58,632 bases of DNA. Source: Acidobacteriota bacterium. Lineage in GTDB: Bacteria > Acidobacteriota > Blastocatellia > RBC074. A program made the position numbers and the translations under genes. Positions 18,450-26,334 of this stretch are shown piece after piece. The stretch lies in contig JBDTUN010000311.1 in NCBI GenBank assembly GCA_040007715.1, forward strand, positions 1-58,632, given 5' to 3'. The notes beneath the pieces were generated by a model. It had not been told where the DNA came from. It saw only the letters and a program-made list of their open reading frames with translations, and made no database searches. Positions within the stretch are counted from its first letter, which is position 1; each line of letters begins with the position of its first letter.

Positions 18450-18908
18450 GTGAACACTTTTTTTGGAGATGCATATAGGTGGCCCTTCGTCGTGCGTTGC
18501 CTGGCGCTGCTGATGATTTCAACCGTTGCCCTGGTCGCGGCCTGTTCCGGCAAATCTTCACCTGAAACAGCCTTGCCCGCAGCGGCAACCGTGACCGAGC
18601 AAACAAAGAACCCATTGCCGGATGCGAGGGCGGCTGCGGCGGCTGGGAAATTGCTTTACGCCGTTCACTGCACAATGTGTCACGGCGATGACGGCAAGGG
18701 CGAAGGAAGTGCTGGCGGTTCAATAGCCGTTAAGCCCACCAATCTGACGACGGAAGATGTGGCTGCCGCTGCCGATGGGAAGCTTTACCTGATTATCAGG
18801 AATGGAGTGAAGAAGGAAGGCAAGCAAACCATGCCGCCTGCAAAGAAAATTACCGACGAAGAAATCTGGCGGATTGTTACTTATGTTCAAATGCTGGCAA
18901 AGAGATAG
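18450..18908 (+). CDS. c-type cytochrome (class I, probable lipoprotein)
   Basis: GTG start after an AGGAGAT SD. It has a lipobox-like LVAACSG, the haem motif CTMCHG and a distal Met (KQTMPP). 152 aa. Confidence 0.8.
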   Translation: MNTFFGDAYRWPFVVRCLALLMISTVALVAACSGKSSPETALPAAATVTEQTKNPLPDARAAAAAGKLLYAVHCTMCHGDDGKGEGSAGGSIAVKPTNLTTEDVAAAADGKLYLIIRNGVKKEGKQTMPPAKKITDEEIWRIVTYVQMLAKR

Positions 18909-18934
18909 ATTGGTAATTCAACGCGTGAATAAAC

Positions 18935-18974
18935 AAAAAGCCCGAGAATCTTGAACCGGATTCTCAGGCTTTTT
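18935..18974. terminator. Bidirectional intrinsic terminator
   Basis: AAAAA, then GCCCGAGAATC, an 8-nt loop, GATTCTCAGGC, then TTTTT. The 12-bp stem has one mismatch. It lies between convergent genes. Confidence 0.6.
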
Positions 18975-19002
18975 GTTCTTATCGCTCTTTTGAGATTGGG
19001 AA

Positions 19003-19356
19003 TTACGACATCTCAATACCGACAGCGCGCAACGCATCAAGCGCGAATGGGCGCGATTCCATCAATCTCATTTGACCATCACAAACTATCGCCAGAGGAC
19101 GCCCGCTCTGTTTCTTGGTCAATCTGAAGTCTTCGCCAAAATCTTCGCCTGTAGTTAACAACCACATATCAGTCAACCATTCGTGAATCACCAAGTTGAC
19201 TTTGGCCTGCTGTTGTACGCGAGTAATCGAGACTGTGGGTGGCTCAATTGGCGGAATGATTTCGGACGTGTTGATTTCAGCAGTATTATTGATGGCAATC
19301 ATATCTTCTGCTCCAGTTGTCAGGTTTGTTTCAGTTGTCTTCTTATCCATTGTCAT
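19003..19356 (-). CDS. Hypothetical protein
   Basis: 117-aa ORF preceded by a GGAGGAG-type SD (reverse complement of 19361-19367). I recognised no family. Confidence 0.5.
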   Translation of the reverse strand: MTMDKKTTETNLTTGAEDMIAINNTAEINTSEIIPPIEPPTVSITRVQQQAKVNLVIHEWLTDMWLLTTGEDFGEDFRLTKKQSGRPLAIVCDGQMRLMESRPFALDALRAVGIEMS

Positions 19357-19776
19357 TCTCCTCCGGTTTCAAAATTCAACTCCTGCAAGATCACAAACAG
19401 CAAATCTCAAATCTCTTTCTCAAACTATTTGTTGATTAGATTTCTTCTTAACGCTTGGCTCAGACGCAACCTTGATGCCAGAAGTTGCTCAAGCTTCTTC
19501 TTGATCACTTAACTTATCAGAAAAAATCTGAACCGGCCACAGAACAGCGGATAATCAACTGACTTGCAAGGGGATACTTCCTTAATCAGGATTGCGAATA
19601 TCGCGGGCGAATATAGGAGTGACATAAAACCTGCCACCAGCAGAGAAATTATTACTCGCGATCGTGTCCACAGGTGTTGTTTTGGGGTGCAGGTTGTCAA
19701 CGAATGGAGACTGCGGTTGACTTCCTGGACGTCATGTTTCCGTCGTCAGGTTCGGAAAATTTGACAGACCTTCAGC

Positions 19777-19804
19777 TTGACATTGCGTAGAGGTTACCTA
19801 TCAT
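19777..19804 (+). promoter_or_regulatory. Candidate sigma70-like promoter in the AT-rich intergenic region
   Basis: TTGACA (19777-19782), a 16-nt spacer, then TATCAT (19799-19804). It would give a 5' UTR of roughly 280 nt for the 20089 gene. Confidence 0.3.
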
Positions 19805-20088
19805 TGCCGTCGTCCTCATAAAAGTAGTCCATCACGAAACAGATCACTGACAACAATCAGATGTAATGAAGCGGCGGCGGAGCTTGTTTTGTCTCTTCGT
19901 TTACGAAGAGACAGGTGCCCAAGCTAAAGGATTATCTGTAATCGCTGACCGCAGCTACCATTCGCTTGCCCTGAGGAGATAGCCTGCTGCTGTGGACTTT
20001 ATTGTTGCAAGTGGCAGCTTCTTCTTCGCAACTTTTGTCTCCCGACCCCTGCTGCGCTCCCCACATTTATCGCCAGTCAGGAGAAAAA

Positions 20089-21666
20089 ATGGGAAGGATT
20101 TTTGAACCTCACGAGATCATTAACACGCGAGAAGCGAAGGGAATGAGAACGTTGCCTTCATCACGCGGTGTGAACGTCAATTTCAGCGAAATCAGAGCCA
20201 AACGGGAATCGCAATTACAGACTCCGCATCCCACGCCCAACGGGCGCGAAGTCAATGTCGCGGATTTTATCAGGCTCAAATCAAAAGCTTTATCAACCCC
20301 GGGTGCGGCCCTAGCGCCGGAGCTTTCACAAATTGATCCACAGAAGGAAGGCGAAGCGGCCAGTCTGGATTCTGCGCGTTTGGTGGCGGATTTTGCCGGG
20401 CTGGACGATGCCAATTGGACGCCGCCCGACAGTCAGATTGCCGCAGGGCCGGATCACTTGCTGGCTGCGGTGAACGCCACGTTTGCCGTCTTCGACAAGA
20501 AGGGACGGCAGCTTTTGCGGCGTACGCTGGCTGACCTCTTCTCGCGTCTGGTGGAAGACGCGCTGATCTTCAATCCCAAACTCATTTACGACCAATTTCG
20601 CGGCGTGTGGTTGATAGCAGCCTGTGCCCGCAGCTTTGACGCGCAGCGTTCCTGGTTTCTGCTGGCGTCTTCGCAGAGCGGCAATCCGTTGGGTGATTGG
20701 TGGCTTTGGGCGCTTGATGCAGGCAGCGATAGCCTCAGCGAGACTTCGCACTGGCCGGAAGGGCTTGGTCTGGCGGTGGATAATTCGCAGTTGTATCTGA
20801 CGGCCAATATGTTTACCACTTCTGGTGAATTCGCCTACGCGAAGCTGCGCGTTTTGAACATCAAAGAGATGCAGTCCGGCGGCGTGTTGCATGGTTGGGA
20901 TTTCTGGCAGTTGCGCAATTCCGATGGTTCGCTGGCTTTCGGGCTGCAACCAGCGCTCAATCTGAGAGCAGCCGGAGCGCAGTATCTGCTCAATGCGACG
21001 CCCGATGGACAGGGTTTGACTCAATGGACTATCACTCAGCCAATGCGCCAGGCGCCGGCGCTGGCGCGCCGTTTCATTCCCACGGCGCAATATCACCTGG
21101 CGCCGGATGCGAGACAAGTTACGGGCAAAATCGAAGTCGGCATAGGTGATTCCAGGTTGGTGAACGTCGTATTTCGGCACGGCCTGTTATGGACGGCACA
21201 CACAGTTGCAGCCAACTGGGATGACGTGGCAAATACCGCTGCCATTCACTGGCTTCAGGTCAATCCGCGCGCCGGTTGCATTACGCAGCAGGGCTTTTAT
21301 GGCGCGCCGCGCGAGCATTATTTCTGCCCGGCGGTGATGGTGGACGGCGAGGGCAATATGCTGTTGGTCTTCAACCGCGTGAATGAACACGAGCCGCCTT
21401 CGCTACGCTTTACTGGCCGCCAGGCCGCCGACGAATCCGGATTGCTGCAAGCCAGCGAATTACTGCTGCTCAGTTCGGCTTCGGCTTCGTGCGATTGGAG
21501 CAATTTCAACGGGGCCGCAGTCGCGCCGGATGATTCCGAAGTTTGGCTGATCGGCCAATACGTGGCGACCGCAAGCGACTGGCCGACGTGGATCGGCGCG
21601 GTCACTTTCAGCGAACCGGACGATGGCGCGAATGTCCCTTATTCCAATCAATCCATCTACGCTTGA
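20089..21666 (+). CDS. Hypothetical protein (525 aa), disordered N-terminus followed by a probable beta-rich domain
   Basis: Internal ATG at 20089 follows an AGGAG SD. There is no signal peptide. I recognised no family motif. Confidence 0.6.
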   Translation: MGRIFEPHEIINTREAKGMRTLPSSRGVNVNFSEIRAKRESQLQTPHPTPNGREVNVADFIRLKSKALSTPGAALAPELSQIDPQKEGEAASLDSARLVADFAGLDDANWTPPDSQIAAGPDHLLAAVNATFAVFDKKGRQLLRRTLADLFSRLVEDALIFNPKLIYDQFRGVWLIAACARSFDAQRSWFLLASSQSGNPLGDWWLWALDAGSDSLSETSHWPEGLGLAVDNSQLYLTANMFTTSGEFAYAKLRVLNIKEMQSGGVLHGWDFWQLRNSDGSLAFGLQPALNLRAAGAQYLLNATPDGQGLTQWTITQPMRQAPALARRFIPTAQYHLAPDARQVTGKIEVGIGDSRLVNVVFRHGLLWTAHTVAANWDDVANTAAIHWLQVNPRAGCITQQGFYGAPREHYFCPAVMVDGEGNMLLVFNRVNEHEPPSLRFTGRQAADESGLLQASELLLLSSASASCDWSNFNGAAVAPDDSEVWLIGQYVATASDWPTWIGAVTFSEPDDGANVPYSNQSIYA

Positions 21667-21748
21667 ACAACTTCGAGTTTGAAGTTTCGGGCCTGCAAGC
21701 TCCTAACTATGAATTTGTCCTGCTATCATTCCGGCCAGGAGGCGCCGC

Positions 21749-22681
21749 ATGCGAAACATTCTGCTGGTGCTGGCGAAGCGGTTGCTGTTTGTGTTGCCCG
21801 TCGTGTGGGCGGTGGTGACGCTGGTGTTTCTGCTCATTCACATTGTGCCCGGCGATCCGGTGCGCAATTCCCTGGGCGATAACGCGACCGAAGCGCAGGT
21901 TAATGAACTCAAGCATAAGCTCGGACTCGATCTGCCGCTTGCCACGCAATACGCCAATTATTGGCGCGGTGTGGTGCAAGGCGATCTAGGTGTCAGCCTG
22001 CTAAATCCGTCGGACAAGGTCTTCGAGAAAATCTTTTCACGTTACCCGGCGACGATTGAACTGGCGTTGGCTGGTCTGATCGTCGCCATCTTGATTGCCA
22101 TCCCGCTGGGCGTCACTGCCGGGACGAATCAAGGCAGGCTGACCGATAACGTTGCTTCGGTGGTGGCGCTGCTCGGCATCAGCACGCCGGGCTTCGTGCT
22201 GGGGCCGCTGATGATCTATCTGTTTGCTATCAAGCTGGACTGGCTGCCGGTGTCTGGGCGTTACGGGTGGGAGTATCTGATCTTGCCGTCTGTCACTCTG
22301 GGCGCGCCGCTGGCCGCCATCCTGACGCGGATGGTGCGTTCCAGCGTCATCGAAGAACTGCACGAAGATTACGTTCGCACCGCGCGGGCAAAGGGTTTGA
22401 GCGAGCGGCAGGTCATCTACAAACACGTTTTGAAAAACGGCTTGATCCCGGTCGTCACGGTGCTGGGCCTGCAATTCGGCGTGTTGCTGGCAGGCGCAAT
22501 TATCACTGAAATGATCTTCAGTTGGCCTGGACTGGGCCGGCTGACGATTGATTCGATCAATGCGCGCGATTACCCGATGGTGCAAGGCTGCATTTTGATG
22601 ATTGCGCTGACTTACATTGTCGCCAACCTGCTGACCGACTTTGCGTATCGGCTGCTTGATCCACGGATCAAAGTCGAGTGA
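21749..22681 (+). CDS. ABC transporter permease, DppB/OppB type
   Basis: 310 aa with an AGGAGG SD. It has the N-terminal block VTLVFLLIHIVPGDP and the EAA-like block DYVRTARAKGLSERQV. Confidence 0.9.
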   Translation: MRNILLVLAKRLLFVLPVVWAVVTLVFLLIHIVPGDPVRNSLGDNATEAQVNELKHKLGLDLPLATQYANYWRGVVQGDLGVSLLNPSDKVFEKIFSRYPATIELALAGLIVAILIAIPLGVTAGTNQGRLTDNVASVVALLGISTPGFVLGPLMIYLFAIKLDWLPVSGRYGWEYLILPSVTLGAPLAAILTRMVRSSVIEELHEDYVRTARAKGLSERQVIYKHVLKNGLIPVVTVLGLQFGVLLAGAIITEMIFSWPGLGRLTIDSINARDYPMVQGCILMIALTYIVANLLTDFAYRLLDPRIKVE

Positions 22682-22687
22682 GGTGTT

Positions 22688-23134
22688 ATGCCAACCTTTG
22701 AAAGATCAATTGAGATCAACGCGCCCCGCGCGGCGCTCTTCGACCTGACTCAGGACTATTCGCGCCGCCTGGATTGGGATCCGTTTCTGAAAGAAGCCCG
22801 GCTGGTCGGCGGCGCTGGCAAATCTGCTGTTGGCGTGCGCGCTTGGTGTGTAGCCAAGACCGGAATGGGAATGGAGACCGAATACATCTCGTTCAATCCG
22901 CCGGAGCGCACAGCCATCAAAATGACTCGCGGCCCGGCGATCCTGAAATCGTTCGCCGGAAGCTGGGTCTTCGAACCGAAAGGCGAGAACCGGACCCGAG
23001 TCGTCTTTCGATATCATCTATTGGCTCGCCCCGGTTGGCTCAGGTTTGTACTGGAGCCAATACTGCAATGGGTCTTTTCACGCGACACGCAAAAACGGCT
23101 TGAGGCGTTGAAACAAGCCGTCGAGAAAATATGA
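22688..23134 (+). CDS. SRPBCC (START / polyketide-cyclase-like) family protein
   Basis: 148 aa: MPTFERSIEINAPRAALFDLTQDYSRRLDWDPF... has a typical SRPBCC N-terminus. It starts 6 nt after the dppB-like stop and overlaps the dppC-like start by 4 nt. Confidence 0.8.
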   Translation: MPTFERSIEINAPRAALFDLTQDYSRRLDWDPFLKEARLVGGAGKSAVGVRAWCVAKTGMGMETEYISFNPPERTAIKMTRGPAILKSFAGSWVFEPKGENRTRVVFRYHLLARPGWLRFVLEPILQWVFSRDTQKRLEALKQAVEKI

Positions 23135-23958
23135 ATCGTCTTGGCAAAGCTGGAACCGTCATCATCACGCTGTTTTTCATCGTCGCCATTTTCGCGCCGC
23201 TGATTGCGCCGCACAGCCCTATCGAGCAAAAACAATTCACGGACGACGCGCCGCTCGAAGAGCGATTGCAGCCAACGCGCGCCAATCCGTTTGGGATGGA
23301 CGATCTTGGGCGCGATGTGATGTCGCGCGTGATCTTCGGCGCGCGCATTTCAATGCAGGTCGGCGTGGCCGTGGTGCTGATCTCAGCATGCATTGGAATG
23401 ATTATTGGCGCGGTGTCGGGCTATTACGGTGGTTGGGTGGATAGGCTCCTTTCGGGATTCTTGTTCAATGTCTTCCTCTCGTTTCCGAGCATTCTGCTGG
23501 CAATTGCGATGGTCGCGTTTCTGGGGCCGAACATTCAAAACGTGATTCTGGCGTTGTCGGTGGTCGGCTGGGTTGGATATGCGCGGTTGATGCGCGGGCA
23601 GGTGCTGAAAGTCCGCGAATATGATTTCGCCACCGCCGCGCGCGCGCTGGGTGCAAGCGACCTGCGCATCATCTTTCGCCATATTTTGCCGAACGCGATT
23701 CAGCCGTTGATCGTCCAGGCCAGTTTGGGAATGGCGGGCGCAGTGTTGTCCGAAGCCAGTCTGAGCTTTTTGGGTTTGGGCGTGCAGCCGCCAACGCCAA
23801 GTTGGGGCGTGATGCTGAACGATGCGCGCAGCTTTCTGCGTGTTGCGCCGCACTTGCTGATCTTTCCCGGATTGGCGGTAATGCTGACCGTGCTCGCATT
23901 CAATTTCGTTGGCGACGGCCTGCGCGAATGGCTGGACCCGAAACAAAACCGTCAGTAA
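23131..23958 (+). CDS. ABC transporter permease, DppC/OppC type
   Basis: 275 aa. It shows NPFGMDDLGRDVMSRVIFGAR and the EAA-like block DFATAARALGASDLRIIFRHILPN. Confidence 0.9.
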   Translation: MNRLGKAGTVIITLFFIVAIFAPLIAPHSPIEQKQFTDDAPLEERLQPTRANPFGMDDLGRDVMSRVIFGARISMQVGVAVVLISACIGMIIGAVSGYYGGWVDRLLSGFLFNVFLSFPSILLAIAMVAFLGPNIQNVILALSVVGWVGYARLMRGQVLKVREYDFATAARALGASDLRIIFRHILPNAIQPLIVQASLGMAGAVLSEASLSFLGLGVQPPTPSWGVMLNDARSFLRVAPHLLIFPGLAVMLTVLAFNFVGDGLREWLDPKQNRQ

Positions 23959-23973
23959 CCTCAGTCTAACACC

Positions 23974-25527
23974 ATGGCTATTACTGCAATCGTCTTGATG
24001 TATGCCGCCTTCCTGCTGGTCGGCTGGCTGGCCGCGCGCAAAGTCAAAGACGGTACGCCTGCCGATCTGCTGGTTGCCGGGCGATCAATGCCTGTCTGGA
24101 TTGCGACGCTGACAATGACGGCGACGTGGGTGGACGGCGGCTATCTGCTCGGCACTGCCGAAGGCGCTTTCAAATCGTCGTTGTCTTTGGCTATTCAAGG
24201 CGGATTGTGTTTCGGTATCAGCCTGATTTTGGGCGGCTTGTTTTTCGCGCGGCGGATGCGGCAACTGGAATTCACCACGCTGATTGATCCGTTTGAAAGG
24301 CGTTTCGGCAAACACTGGGCGGTGGTCTTGTTCGTGCCTGCAATGCTCGGCGAAGTGTTTTGGAGCGCGGAACTGCTGGCGGCCATCGGTTCTACCTTTG
24401 GCGTGTTGCTGGGGATGAAGCTGGTGACGGCGATTATGCTGTCCGCGATTGTTGTCATTGCTTATACGATGGTCGGCGGGATGTGGTCTGTGGCTTATAC
24501 GGACGCGTTTCAACTCGGCCTGGTTGTGCTTGGTCTGGCCGTCGCGATGCCGTTTGTCTTCGATGCCGCCGGAGGGTTCGAGGCAAGCTGGTCGAATTAC
24601 CTGGCGGTGCGCGCCGACCGTGGGGGATTCTTTCCGCCGCTGCAACCGCACGGAGATTTCTGGACTTCGCAAACGATCATCGGTTGGTGGGACGTTAGCC
24701 TGATGCTGGTGCTCGGCGGCATTCCCTGGAACTGCTACTTCCAGCGTGTGCTGTCGTGTCAGTCGCCACGCAAAGCGCAACTGCATTCATATTTCGCCGG
24801 TGTTTGTACCATCGTGTTGACGATTCCGCCGTTGCTGCTTGGAGTTGCGGCGTTCAAATACAACTGGCCCGCCGACCTGCTGCGCCAGCTTCAGGAAAAT
24901 CCGTCGCAGACCTTGCCGATGTTGCTCAAACACGTCACGCCGCCATTGGTTGCGTTGCTCGGACTCGGCGCAATCGTTGGGGCGGTAACTTCCAGTTTCA
25001 GTTCATCCATTCTGTCGGCGGCTTCGATGATCAGTTGGAACTGCTGTTACCGGCTGCTGTGGCCGCAGCTTTCCGTGAAGCAGATGAAGCGGATCATTCG
25101 CCTTTCGATTGTGCTGCTGGGCGCGGGTGCAGTGGTGATGGCGCTGAAGGTGCAGAGCGTGCAGGCGCTGTGGTTCTTCACCAGCGACCTGATTTTCGTC
25201 CTGCTCTTTCCGCAACTGGTCTTCGCGCTGTTTGACCCGAAAGCGAACCGAATCGGATCAATCACGGCGTTTAGCGTTTCGCTGGTCTTGCGCCTGGGAG
25301 GCGGCGAGCCATTGTTCAACATTCCACATTTCATCCCCTACCCTGAGATATTTACGAGCAACCCTGCAAGTTGGTACGACGCGCAAACGGGCGCGCTACT
25401 CTTTCCGTTCAAGACGCTGGCGGCGGCGGTCGGCTGTGTGCTGTTGCCTGTGGTATCTCGGTTGACTGCAAAATTTGATCCGCCAAGGCAATTGTCAATC
25501 GCCAACCAAACAACACACGATGGGTAA
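23974..25527 (+). CDS. Sodium:solute symporter family transporter, high-affinity choline transporter (CHT1/SLC5A7)-like
   Basis: 517 aa with about 13 hydrophobic segments. The blocks TMTATWVDGGYLLGTAEG, SLILGGLFFARRMR, YTMVGGMWSVAYTDAFQL, LGGIPWNCYFQRVLS and FPFKTLA closely match my recollection of human CHT1. Confidence 0.8.
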   Translation: MAITAIVLMYAAFLLVGWLAARKVKDGTPADLLVAGRSMPVWIATLTMTATWVDGGYLLGTAEGAFKSSLSLAIQGGLCFGISLILGGLFFARRMRQLEFTTLIDPFERRFGKHWAVVLFVPAMLGEVFWSAELLAAIGSTFGVLLGMKLVTAIMLSAIVVIAYTMVGGMWSVAYTDAFQLGLVVLGLAVAMPFVFDAAGGFEASWSNYLAVRADRGGFFPPLQPHGDFWTSQTIIGWWDVSLMLVLGGIPWNCYFQRVLSCQSPRKAQLHSYFAGVCTIVLTIPPLLLGVAAFKYNWPADLLRQLQENPSQTLPMLLKHVTPPLVALLGLGAIVGAVTSSFSSSILSAASMISWNCCYRLLWPQLSVKQMKRIIRLSIVLLGAGAVVMALKVQSVQALWFFTSDLIFVLLFPQLVFALFDPKANRIGSITAFSVSLVLRLGGGEPLFNIPHFIPYPEIFTSNPASWYDAQTGALLFPFKTLAAAVGCVLLPVVSRLTAKFDPPRQLSIANQTTHDG

Positions 25528-26245
25528 AGCGAAGATTCTGGCTTGGTGCGTTCACGTCTATACGGCGTCCGGCTTGGTCGCCGCCGCCGGGATGGCGTTC
25601 TTTATTGTGCGCGGTGATGCCGAAGCCTTTCGTTGGGTGATTGCGTTGATGATCGTTGCCACATTCATTGACGCGACTGATGGAACGCTGGCGCGGCGGT
25701 GGCGCGTGAAGGAAATCCTGCCCGGTTTTGATGGGCGGAAGTTGGACGACATCGTTGATTTTCAAACATACACTTCGTTGCCGCTGCTGTTTATTTGGCG
25801 TGCGGGTGTTCTGCCAGAGCATTTGAGTTGGTGGTTGTTGCTGCCGCTCTTGGCCAGCGCTTACGGCTTTTCGCAATCCGATGCCAAGACCGAAGACCAT
25901 TTCTTTCAAGGCTTCCCATCATACTGGAACGTGGTGGCGATCTATCTTTACTGGCTGCAACTGCCCGTCTGGTTGGCGCTGGCGTTGATCATTTTGCTGG
26001 CACTGCTGACGTTCGTGCCTTCGTTGTATCTCTACACTTCTTACAAAGGGCCATTCAGCCGGTTGACCAATTGGCTGCTGTTGGGCTGGATGGTGTTGCT
26101 GGTTCTGCTTGTGGCGCAAGTCGCTGATCCCCAGCGGTTGAAGCTGCTGGTGTGGCTGTCGCTAGTATTTCCTATCTATTATTTTGTCCTCTCCTGGGTG
26201 CTCACTTTGCAACGCTGGGCGAGAGGCTCGTTCAAAGGTCTGTGA
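25520..26245 (+). CDS. pcs: Phosphatidylcholine synthase (CDP-alcohol phosphatidyltransferase family)
   Basis: Internal ATG at 25520 gives 241 aa. The motif DGTLARRWRVKEILPGFDGRKLDDIVD fits DGx2ARx12Gx3Dx3D, the Pcs-type spacing. HVYTASG and KTEDHFFQGFPSYWN resemble rhizobial Pcs. The start overlaps the symporter stop by 8 nt. Confidence 0.85.
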   Translation: MGKAKILAWCVHVYTASGLVAAAGMAFFIVRGDAEAFRWVIALMIVATFIDATDGTLARRWRVKEILPGFDGRKLDDIVDFQTYTSLPLLFIWRAGVLPEHLSWWLLLPLLASAYGFSQSDAKTEDHFFQGFPSYWNVVAIYLYWLQLPVWLALALIILLALLTFVPSLYLYTSYKGPFSRLTNWLLLGWMVLLVLLVAQVADPQRLKLLVWLSLVFPIYYFVLSWVLTLQRWARGSFKGL

Positions 26246-26334
26246 ATCAGACTGTATGTGCCGGTTGACGGTCGCCCGCAGCGGCGACTACACTTTTCCT
26301 CCAACGGTAGACCAACCATTCGGAACTAATCATT

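Noticed and set aside
19509-19700. A 63-aa minus-strand ORF, and the overlapping 19564..19764 plus-strand ORF, in the AT-rich intergenic region
   Set aside because: Neither has an SD or a recognisable motif. They overlap each other in a region that looks regulatory. The evidence is insufficient to call either one.
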